Below, one piece after another: positions 43,650-52,351 of a stretch of DNA of 64,000 bases. Position 1 is the stretch's first letter. Each line of letters starts with the position of its first letter. Below the pieces are notes generated by a model. It had not been told where the DNA came from. It did not search any database and saw only the letters and a list, made by a program, of their open reading frames with translations. The stretch is from positions 1 to 64,000 of the forward strand of contig JBEKTQ010000016.1 of the NCBI GenBank assembly GCA_049515895.1, read 5' to 3'. A program made the translations under genes and the position numbers. The DNA is from Candidatus Bathyarchaeia archaeon (GTDB taxonomy: Archaea > Thermoproteota > Bathyarchaeia > Bathyarchaeales > Bathycorpusculaceae).

Positions 43650-44906
43650 TTAGGGGGTAAACCTATACGGATTTAAAGCATTATTGTCTGTCTTAGACAA
43701 CACCTTTCGTGAAGACCTGGCACACATCAGAAAGAACGGAGAAAGGTCATCCCACGCAAACCAAGCACTTTCCTCAACACCGCGAAATGACCCGAGCCAT
43801 TGCTTAAATGCTAGGCTTTTTTCGTAACGATACCGAATACTTGAAATAAGATCTCTATCTTCAACAAACCATTTTCTACCCTCAACAACCTCACTTGAGG
43901 GAACCGTCTGACCGGTAAGATCCAAATATTCAGCGCGAGCGACATCCAACCCGTTATCTCCTACAAAAAGCCGAAAGGTCGATCCTATTCGAGGATTAAT
44001 ATCAAGCACCTTATACTTTCCATCTCGCGCGTCGTATCTGTAACCGATGTCAAGTATTCCTTTGTAACCGATGCTCTTCATAAAATCTCTCGTTAATTCA
44101 TCAACTGCTGGATTCCTCGAGCAAACACCCAGGGAAGTTACCCCCGTATGAATTGGAGACTGACGAATTTTCTTGCCGGTCACTCCAAAGAGACAAGCCG
44201 ATTTCTCGTCAAAATAGCCATTAAACATCCAAATCGAATCGTCACCCCCCGGAATATACTCTTGAAGCATAAAATTCGGGTTGAGGGGATCCTCACATTG
44301 ACCATACAATCTTAGAAGTTCTTTTTTCGTTCTCGCTATAAACATTCTTTTTCCAGTCCGAGGTGACCCCCCGCGAAAAATCTCCTTCAAAACCACTGGG
44401 AATACTGCATCCTTTACATATTCTTCAACATCACCCATCGAACACGGAAAACATGCCTCCGGAGTTGGAACACCACACTTTTTGGCCAAGAAATACATCT
44501 TTTCCTTACTTGCAAGCGCTAAAACAAGCTCCCTGGAAAGGTTTGGAAAAATAAACCCTTCACTCAACGCGTCCGCGTTATCTGCGAGCCAACCAGCACC
44601 ACTATCGGTCGTGTGAATTAGAAGCGAACGCCTCCCAATTTTCTTGGCAACGTCCAATAAGTATTGAACAGAAGTCTGAGGTGACGCAGCGTCTACATCA
44701 AATAAAAATTTCTTCTGACAATATCGGGAGAATAGCCCCGGAGACCACGGATTAGGATCGACACCATGGGCGGCAATGCCAAGTCTTCCAAAGCTACGCA
44801 AAACTCCCAGTTGACCATAATGGTAAGTATATAGAACCACAACGGGAACTGATGTATCTCTCACAGAAACCTGTTGAACCGTCATCTTATCACATTTAAC
44901 CGTCAC
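43650..44906 (-). CDS. ATP-grasp carboxylate-amine ligase (D-aspartate ligase-like)
   Basis: LGVLRSFGRLGI, FPVVLK, MLQEYIPGGD, KKIRQSP..TG, DARDGKYKVLDINPR. Confidence 0.88.
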   Translation of the reverse strand: MTVKCDKMTVQQVSVRDTSVPVVVLYTYHYGQLGVLRSFGRLGIAAHGVDPNPWSPGLFSRYCQKKFLFDVDAASPQTSVQYLLDVAKKIGRRSLLIHTTDSGAGWLADNADALSEGFIFPNLSRELVLALASKEKMYFLAKKCGVPTPEACFPCSMGDVEEYVKDAVFPVVLKEIFRGGSPRTGKRMFIARTKKELLRLYGQCEDPLNPNFMLQEYIPGGDDSIWMFNGYFDEKSACLFGVTGKKIRQSPIHTGVTSLGVCSRNPAVDELTRDFMKSIGYKGILDIGYRYDARDGKYKVLDINPRIGSTFRLFVGDNGLDVARAEYLDLTGQTVPSSEVVEGRKWFVEDRDLISSIRYRYEKSLAFKQWLGSFRGVEESAWFAWDDLSPFFLMCARSSRKVLSKTDNNALNPYRFTP

Positions 44907-45604
44907 TTTCTCTTCATAACTAAATCTGGTATCTTAACAATCTCATCGTTCTCAACAGTGAGAGGTGAGTAAAAGTCATTTACGTGTTTGATAATATAAT
45001 CAAGATCTCTTGTTTGACCAGTTTTTCGTAGATATTCCGCACTTTTCCCTTCGGCGCAAACAGTTACCGGTTTATCCTTCCAGCGGTTTACAATTTCAGC
45101 GGTTTTCTTATTTTTCGGGGTGTATCCAGCTTTCATAAAGCCAGCTGCAATCCAAGCACAACATAGCTGATCCTCCTCACGGAACTCCCCACGTGTGGGT
45201 GCACCGAGAACTTCCACCCGACTATAAAGCCCAACTAGATGATTGACAGTGGCACCATAATTCCGAATACACGCCACGTAGACCGAATTGCAATTCCTCA
45301 ACGAGTAAAGGAGCGGTATCCCCGATGAAGATACCAGAATTGCAGGCCGCGAAACATCCCTAATGCTTTCAATCTCTACCGGACTATTATTAATATCGAA
45401 CCCATAAGGCATGCTGCCTCCCATCTCACCAACCAGCAACGGACAACCAAGCCGTTTTGCCAGAAGAAGAGCCGCTTCAACCGACGGAGCAAAAAAACAT
45501 CTTCTTCCAGATTCAACAGCAGCAGCTGCCACTGTTATCGAACGAATCACATCGACAACAACAACCGCGCATCTTTCACCATAATGATGAGAACTCTCGG
45601 CCAA
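44903..45604 (-). CDS. comB: 2-phosphosulfolactate phosphatase family protein
   Basis: VVVDVIRS, LVGEMGG....GFDINNSP, REEDQLCC; GTGA overlap with the ATP-grasp gene. Confidence 0.85.
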   Translation of the reverse strand: MAESSHHYGERCAVVVVDVIRSITVAAAAVESGRRCFFAPSVEAALLLAKRLGCPLLVGEMGGSMPYGFDINNSPVEIESIRDVSRPAILVSSSGIPLLYSLRNCNSVYVACIRNYGATVNHLVGLYSRVEVLGAPTRGEFREEDQLCCAWIAAGFMKAGYTPKNKKTAEIVNRWKDKPVTVCAEGKSAEYLRKTGQTRDLDYIIKHVNDFYSPLTVENDEIVKIPDLVMKRK

Positions 45605-45630
45605 ACAATCAATAGAAACTGTTTTTCTGC

Positions 45631-46491
45631 TTACAATCCCGCCCTCCTACTTACATTTGACTCAACGGGTAGATGCGGACGAAGATTCTCTTTGCTGAAA
45701 GCATCTGAATGCAACCCTCGACGATAAATTTCCACCCGCAACAACTCTTCAAGCCGCACGTTGCAAAGATGAACTTCACGCCCGAAGTGATCCAACAAAG
45801 CGAACTGACTTGGCTTGTTAGGCGCTTCAAACGTAACAAAACCGTGTCCAAACGCGTTCGCAAAACGATCAGCAAACCCCACGTTAAGATCACCCGCATC
45901 ATTAAATAATCCGACACCCTTCGCGCTCTCCCTTGCCTCCACAACCAACTGAACAGCGCCAGCCTGAAGCCACCTTTTTCCTTGGTTAATCAATGATTCA
46001 ACCACGTCTTGCGTAAAAGCCCCCTCGTGTTTCTTACCGAGCTCAAACTGCACTTCCAAACCACGGTCGTTTGCCATCTTCACAATATCTTGCGCATCTA
46101 ACGAAATATCTGTAAACCCTTCCGCGCATTCAATCCGCGTGAACCCAAAATCAGCCACAAGATCCAGGTACTGCGATAGTTTTCCCTGAACATAGGCAAC
46201 TTCAAAAGGACCTCCTCCCGTAGTCGTCGGCACCTGGTACTTCTTTGCTAATTCGATCTTCTGACGGGTAACGTTCTCATTGGCAATCATCCAGCAAGCC
46301 ATCGAAACCTTAAGAATCGACATAAGATGGTGACTTTGCTCAAGGTGGCCCGCCAGCGTTAAGGCATCGTAACCTGGATCAAACGGGCTTGTCGCTGGAC
46401 GGATTTCAGGCACACCAATAGACTTCAAATAGTCGTCAGTATGGAGTCGACCCGCTCGAGAAAATTTCATAGATGGAACAGAATCAACCAA
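45631..46491 (-). CDS. comA: Phosphosulfolactate synthase
   Basis: TGGGPFE, IECAEGF, FELGKK, VVEARES, FEAP, EIYRRGL match the ComA TIM-barrel motif series. Confidence 0.88.
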   Translation of the reverse strand: MVDSVPSMKFSRAGRLHTDDYLKSIGVPEIRPATSPFDPGYDALTLAGHLEQSHHLMSILKVSMACWMIANENVTRQKIELAKKYQVPTTTGGGPFEVAYVQGKLSQYLDLVADFGFTRIECAEGFTDISLDAQDIVKMANDRGLEVQFELGKKHEGAFTQDVVESLINQGKRWLQAGAVQLVVEARESAKGVGLFNDAGDLNVGFADRFANAFGHGFVTFEAPNKPSQFALLDHFGREVHLCNVRLEELLRVEIYRRGLHSDAFSKENLRPHLPVESNVSRRAGL

Positions 46492-46660
46492 TTTTTTTCA
46501 CGACTTAATGGTAATAGATTTGAAATTTTGTTAGTCACTTGTTTCCTTCAAGTCTTATCGATTACGATGTTATCCACCCTTAAATCAGTACAAAGAATAT
46601 TTTAAAGCCAAGATTGTTATCGATAATCTGAACCAACAGATAGATCAGGATGCTTGTTAG

Positions 46661-47533
46661 TTGACTCCACCTAAGACCAAAAACAATCGCAAACAGAAGC
46701 TAGTCGACGAACTCTTCGGCAACCAAGCAACATATTGGAGAGACACTTACAAAGCTAAAGACATCCAAGCGATCATCTATCAACGGCGACAAGCTGTTGC
46801 GCTGAGCTATATCGATGGATTATCGTTGGCAAAAACCGCCCATGTTCTTGAAATCGGTTGCGGAGCAGGATTCATGACGACAGCTCTCGCAAAACGAGGA
46901 TTTGACGTGGAAGCCATTGACCGTACTCAAGCAATGATCGATCTGACACTGGAAAACGCGAGACAAGCAGGGGTCGAGAATAGGGTAAATGTATGCACTG
47001 GAGACATCCACGAGCTATTTTACGAAGATGAATTCTTCGACTTGATTGTTGCTTTGGGGGTATTCCCTTGGCTTCATGATTCTCAAAAGGCGTTGACTGA
47101 AGTCTCGAGGACTTTAGCAACTAGCGGATATATTGTCCTAAGTGTTGACAATGCGTTTCGAGTGACAACAATAGTAGATCCCTTGACCTTCCCGCCATTT
47201 GCACGCATCCGAATTCAAGTAAAGCGTAAGCTTGAGAGAATAGGTTTACTTAGTTCATCGAATCCGGGGACCAACGCCACACCTTATAGACAACACTCGA
47301 TAAGGGAATTCAACAAAAGTCTCTACGAGGCAGGTCTAACGGTAATTAAGAGCACAAGTGTAGGATTCGGACCATTCACTTTTTTCGGTCATAAATTGTT
47401 CTCTGATGAAGTTGGAATCAAGATTCACCAAAAGCTACAAGAGTACGCTGACAAAGGATACCCAATCTTGCGCTCAACCGGATCACAATACATCGTCATA
47501 GCAACCAAGAAGCCGCCGAAACCAATTCCCTAA
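46661..47533 (+). CDS. Methyltransferase type 11, divergent from comA
   Basis: VLEIGCGAG, FDLIVALGVFPW, GFGPF. Confidence 0.9.
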   Translation: MTPPKTKNNRKQKLVDELFGNQATYWRDTYKAKDIQAIIYQRRQAVALSYIDGLSLAKTAHVLEIGCGAGFMTTALAKRGFDVEAIDRTQAMIDLTLENARQAGVENRVNVCTGDIHELFYEDEFFDLIVALGVFPWLHDSQKALTEVSRTLATSGYIVLSVDNAFRVTTIVDPLTFPPFARIRIQVKRKLERIGLLSSSNPGTNATPYRQHSIREFNKSLYEAGLTVIKSTSVGFGPFTFFGHKLFSDEVGIKIHQKLQEYADKGYPILRSTGSQYIVIATKKPPKPIP

Positions 47534-47578
47534 GTGAAAGCAGGGAAGATAAAAGTTTTCATTTTAGAAGGATAAATG

Positions 47579-48178
47579 TTATTGTGTCATGTTCAAGAAT
47601 AAACTAACATATCTGTTATCATACTGCGGAATATCTAATTCAGAATTGAATAACCAAAGCTCGACCAAAAGATAATAATAGTATCCAGAGTTCTTCGAAT
47701 CCCACGCAGAAGTTAGATTAACAGGAAATTCTAATCCATTAATAGTTACTCCAGCGATCGAAGATATTCCACCAGAAAAACTTAGTCCGTTAACTTCAAA
47801 TGTTAAAGGCGTCTCCCACGTTTCCCCGTCAACAAGAAGGGAGTTATATTCATAAAGAGCAGGTAATGAGCTTGGTGTTCCAAGCGTTGCATTAGGCAGA
47901 GATCCAGTTTCATTCCCGATTTTTACATAGCTCCTGTAGTAACAAGAGGATCCCATTTGATTGACCACACCCAAATAAACTGAATAATTCACATCAGCTA
48001 CAATGTTAAAAGGAAGGTTACCAAAAGTGTGATTTGGACCGAGGACGTAAAGCTCAGAGAATTTTAGACCTGAGGGCGTTTTTACCAAAAGACTTATGGT
48101 TGGCGAGGCAAACAGCAAAACTCCAATTAAGCCGATCGTGACAAGGACAGTTCGAACGTTTTTAAGCCTTATTTTCAT
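47579..48178 (-). CDS. DUF1616-like membrane-anchored protein
   Basis: N-terminal TM, FSELYVLGP, VYLGVVN, VELWLFN. Confidence 0.75.
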   Translation of the reverse strand: MKIRLKNVRTVLVTIGLIGVLLFASPTISLLVKTPSGLKFSELYVLGPNHTFGNLPFNIVADVNYSVYLGVVNQMGSSCYYRSYVKIGNETGSLPNATLGTPSSLPALYEYNSLLVDGETWETPLTFEVNGLSFSGGISSIAGVTINGLEFPVNLTSAWDSKNSGYYYYLLVELWLFNSELDIPQYDNRYVSLFLNMTQ

Positions 48179-48629
48179 CCACCTCAGGCTTCAAACCAGG
48201 GATTTTCTCCATGTACCGACGTTGAAAGCGGCGCCAAACCAGAAACAAAGCAAAAACCAATTCGGAAGCACCAATTAAACTAAATGCAATCGTCAACCAG
48301 ACGGTACGTTGACCAGAAACTAAAGCATCTTGCTGGGCACCTTGAGCGGAATTCGTCACGGATTGCGCAATTGGGAGTACGCTGTCTGCTTGGACCACGG
48401 CTGTATTGGAATCGCCAGCTTGATAAGAGTTTTCAGCTTGCGCCAAATCACCTGCAGCAACATTTAACTGAACCAGTAAACTAGTAACATTTGCGCCAGC
48501 TTTTTCGGCTTCCAAAACCGCTTTGAAAGCTTGCTCGACAGCGCTGTTGGCAGCTTGCAGTTTCGACCCCGTTTGGTCAGTTTGAGCAAAAGCAAAGTGC
48601 CCGCCATAAAGGTAAGAGCTAAACGCCAA
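48162..48629 (-). CDS. Helical protein with C-terminal TM anchor; the reading frame extends upstream through a signal-like segment
   Basis: AFKAVLEAEKAGANVTSL; C-terminal TM followed by WRRFQRRY. Confidence 0.75.
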   Translation of the reverse strand: MAFSSYLYGGHFAFAQTDQTGSKLQAANSAVEQAFKAVLEAEKAGANVTSLLVQLNVAAGDLAQAENSYQAGDSNTAVVQADSVLPIAQSVTNSAQGAQQDALVSGQRTVWLTIAFSLIGASELVFALFLVWRRFQRRYMEKIPGLKPEVDENKA

Positions 48630-49010
48630 AAAGACGAAAGTTGTGACAACGAGAAGTTTGCGGCAGTTGCTTATTTGTTGTGGCCTCCAAGATGATGTTG
48701 CTTTATGTAACGGTTAGTTTTGGTTCAAGTTTTAGGAAGAGATGGTCATGGGGGATCAAAATTCCATAGTAAACCCTATCAAATCCCTCTCTGAAGAGAG
48801 CAGACAAGTAACAGAAGCGCCTAATCAAACCAGTTTACTCTTGCTCATCCCACGTCAAATAAATTCTCAAAATTCCTTAATAAACGCATATGGAAGAAAG
48901 TCTAGAAGGACAAACTGTTCTAACTATATGCAAATATATGCAAATCCGTTAAAGTCTTGCATGTGAGATTAGGCTCTAATTATCGCTTTATTTACTGTAA
49001 GAATACGTGC

Positions 49011-49712
49011 TCAATAAATTGTTTCTAACATTATGCGCTTCAAAATTTCGGCGCCATTCTTGACTCCCAGTTTTTTCTGGCCAAGCCTTTCTCGATATTG
49101 AATGGGAATCTCCACAATGCCAAAACCTTCCCGCTCCACCTGATGGTTTAGTTCCACTTCGACATCAAAGCCTTTGGATTTCACAGCCCAGTTTCTAAGA
49201 ATTCCCGCACGCACAACACGCAACCCCGTCAACGGATCAACCAATTGGACTCCATTTAGTAAGTTATGAGTAAAAGCAATTATGCGATTTCCAAAGTAAA
49301 GTATATTATGCTTTTCACCGAGGTTAAGAGTATCATTAAACCTGTTTCCGCAAACCATGCCCACACGTAGGTTCTTCTCTAAAATCCGAATCATCAAAGG
49401 AACGTGTTCAGCAGGATATGTGTAATCTGCATCTGTGAGAACAACGTAATCAACGGATGAATCCAAGAGCTTTATCGCCTTCGCTAACGCATTACCCTTT
49501 CCGAATCCATCTTGAAAAACAACGTCAGCACCCAAATTCTTGGCCACCTCGACAGTTCGATCGGTACTTCGGCCGTCAACTACCAAAACATGTGGGCATC
49601 CAAGATTATCCATAAGCTCAGCTATTGTGAGCCCTATGCCTTCTTCCTCGTTCAACGCAGCTATTACAACTTGTGTCGAGGATATAGCTTGGATATCTCC
49701 TTTCGCCAACAA
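49011..49712 (-). CDS. GT2, dolichol-phosphate glycosyltransferase-like
   Basis: VIAALNEE, VDGRSTDRT, GKGNA, TDADYTY, DPLTGLR, IPIQYRERLG. Confidence 0.92.
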   Translation of the reverse strand: MLAKGDIQAISSTQVVIAALNEEEGIGLTIAELMDNLGCPHVLVVDGRSTDRTVEVAKNLGADVVFQDGFGKGNALAKAIKLLDSSVDYVVLTDADYTYPAEHVPLMIRILEKNLRVGMVCGNRFNDTLNLGEKHNILYFGNRIIAFTHNLLNGVQLVDPLTGLRVVRAGILRNWAVKSKGFDVEVELNHQVEREGFGIVEIPIQYRERLGQKKLGVKNGAEILKRIMLETIY

Positions 49713-49939
49713 GAATCAGCTCTCTTCATCAGCCATGTCTATTCATGATTTATTAATAGACTCTTATTTAAGAGGATATTAAAAACATGGTAACATGTCA
49801 AACACGCTTAATCACAGCCTTTTACTCGCTATAACTTCAAAAGATAACTAAGTAAGCGGCTAAAATGATCACGAATGTCTTTTTGCTTGTTTAAGCCTAC
49901 AATGGACCCCTCGGACGAAAACGTTCGGGTTGCGCTCAA

Positions 49940-50254
49940 AGAAGGGCAAGCTCATAGCCTCACACATCAAATCCAGCGTCTTCCGTGCAAACCCAAGCCC
50001 CAATTTGCTCCTGAACCTTGGAACAACGCTTATGAAAATCGGAATATTGCCCAAGAAAGTCGCGACCAGTTTCAGTCACCAGAAAAAAGAATCGTCCACC
50101 AGAACAAAACCAGCGCTCACAAAAAGATCCAAATACTTTTCTAAAAGCTTGAAACTCAAATTCGCTCCAAACATAACCCGAGTCTTATTTAACCGGAATT
50201 TGTAGCCTCTAAAATTGCCGCAACAATGCATAGCCGATCACGATTCTTACCCAA
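49940..50254 (-). pseudogene. Frameshifted HTH_45-type winged-helix regulator
   Basis: TTG-GKNRDRLCIVAAILEATNSG / NKTRVMFGANLSFKLLEKYLDLFVSAGFV / VTETGRDFL with two frameshifts; 3' boundary approximate. Confidence 0.8.
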
Positions 50255-50868
50255 CAAAAAATCCCATAAAAAAAGCAAGCTAAAGCGCTTTCAACCCAAA
50301 GACAAAATTTGGGGTCAACACTATCAAATCCCCTTCTGACAAAGGCGGATACGAAGCGGAGGCTACACTAATTGGACTTTATTTTGCTTTTTCTCTTCCC
50401 CTCAAGCTGGTAAACCCACTCTTTAATGCTAGACCCTTAAAAGACTTCTCATCAGATAGACAAGGGACTATGGTCAGAACTGAATCTAGAAGCCCTATAC
50501 TGCTTGAAAACGTGGTCCAAGACATCCCTTCTTCCCACCGTTTTTTACATAAACAAACAAGCCATCACAAAAAAACATATAAACGATATTTCAAAAAACG
50601 CAATATTTCTAGAAAAACTCAACGAACTTTCTAGAGTTTTTGAACAATAGCCTTCGATAACAAAAATCTCTTAGCCGTTTCTGAAATTCTAGTGACCATC
50701 CGCAAAACCTACGGCATAAGCTTTGGGGTAGCACAAAAAGTTTAGGCTCTAACTGTTGATGGAAAACACTTGCTAGATTACACAGCCAGTTCGTTTAGGC
50801 AATTTGCAGAACCATAGACACAGAAGACTTACAGGCACGTCACACAAAAAAAGAGTGAGAATTTGTGT

Positions 50869-51432
50869 TTACGTTACTTTGACTTTTCGTTTTTGTTTTG
50901 GGGTTTTTTTAGGGATTAAAACTTCTAAAACACCCTCTTTGAGGTCTGCGGTAACTTCATCTGCTTTTATTTCTTCGGGCAAATCCACTATCCTGTAGAA
51001 TGTTTTGCATGCGCGTTCTTTGCATAAATATTCATGTTCTTTCTTGTCGTATTTCCATCCCACCGCACCTGTTATCACAACGGAGTTGCCGTCCAAGTCG
51101 ATTTCGATATCCTCCTTCTTAAAACCAGGCATTTCTGCTTTCAGTCTGTAATCTTTTTCGTTATCCTCCACATCAACAACAGGAACCCGTGTTTCGGGCA
51201 AAATCGACATTGCCTTATCCCAATATGATGGAAAAATGACGTCTTCAAAATCCCTTCTGAACCGCTCGAAAGTGTCGTCAAAGGCTTGATAAAGATCTGA
51301 AGGATCAATTGGAGCTAAAGCTCTTGGTATCTTTTGCGCTTTGCTTATGGAGGATGGCTTTTTCTTTGCGATTGTTATTTCGGTTTTTTTAGAAGCCTCT
51401 TCTTTTTCGACTGTTTTTTTCTTTTCAGTCAC
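50869..51432 (-). CDS. hsp20: Small heat shock protein Hsp20/alpha-crystallin
   Basis: PVVDV, AEMPGFKKEDI, FYRIVDLP, LKEGVLEVLIPK. Confidence 0.93.
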   Translation of the reverse strand: MTEKKKTVEKEEASKKTEITIAKKKPSSISKAQKIPRALAPIDPSDLYQAFDDTFERFRRDFEDVIFPSYWDKAMSILPETRVPVVDVEDNEKDYRLKAEMPGFKKEDIEIDLDGNSVVITGAVGWKYDKKEHEYLCKERACKTFYRIVDLPEEIKADEVTADLKEGVLEVLIPKKTPKQKRKVKVT

Positions 51433-52020
51433 AAAATTCGCCTACTGATAGAAATGTGATTTCGAAGATTTATTTTTTGCTTTTCGGGGTTCTATTGACT
51501 TTCAGAAGCGGCTGCTCAGCTTCAGATTTGCTTCCGTTTTCTTCAAGCCAGTCTGTCAACCCAAAAGGTGAAAGAATCATTTTTACAAAGTTTTATATGA
51601 TGCATTTCTGCCCTTGCTTGTTCCTAAATCATAATGCATATAGTATGTTTTCTGACTCCAAAGGCGCGCTGCTAGCTGCTTCGACGTTGACTTTGACTTA
51701 ATGAGAATTTCAGCAACCCCTCAAAGTGGTTTAGTAGGTGGCAGCCCAGTGTCGACAGATTCCGAAAATGGTTGGGGAAGCGGCGTTTAATTATTCTCCA
51801 GGTTGACTTTTTCAGAGAATTCGGGAGAAAAAGGGAGATTTTAGGAGATTTCTATAGATTAAGATGTAACCTGCATGCGATCCAAGCTCGAAACACAAAA
51901 AGCAACTGAAAGAGCAGAGTTTCTGGGTCAAAAAACATCAGCTAACGCTTCTGGAGGCTTCTTGCGTTTGCGCTCTTTCCTGATTTTTTTTGAGTCAGCC
52001 TATTTTGACGGTGGTGGCCG

Positions 52021-52140
52021 CCTGTTGACGTTAGTTGACTTTTGTTGACGTTAGTTGACTTTTGTTGACGTTAGTTGACTTTTGTTGACGTTAGTTGACT
52101 TTTGTTGACGTTAGTTGACTTTTGTTGACGTTAGTTGACG
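52021..52140. repeat. Non-coding tandem array, 6 x 20 nt (tttgttgacgttagttgact) = 12 GTTGAC at 10-bp spacing
   Basis: Directly visible; no spacers. Confidence 0.95.
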
Positions 52141-52351
52141 CAACCTGCAGATAATTTAAGCTTTTCCACAAAAAAGCAACCCAAAAACACAAAGAAAAAA
52201 ATTCCAGAAGTTTACACCACGCCAAAACAAGTCACTCGCAGGCCTAAATTTTGGAGGCTTCAGTGACTGTTCATTTACCACAATATAAATAAAGGCGCCA
52301 AAGATAATTGAGAATTTGAATGTCTTTTTGAAGAGTTTTTAAGGGTAAATC

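Noticed and set aside
44903-46491. comA/comB as evidence for coenzyme M synthesis or methane metabolism
   Set aside because: No comC, comDE or mcr in the window, and the operon partner and context point to glycan modification; cannot be fully excluded without the whole genome
52021-52140. CRISPR array
   Set aside because: Contiguous 20-nt units with no unique spacers, and no cas genes in the window
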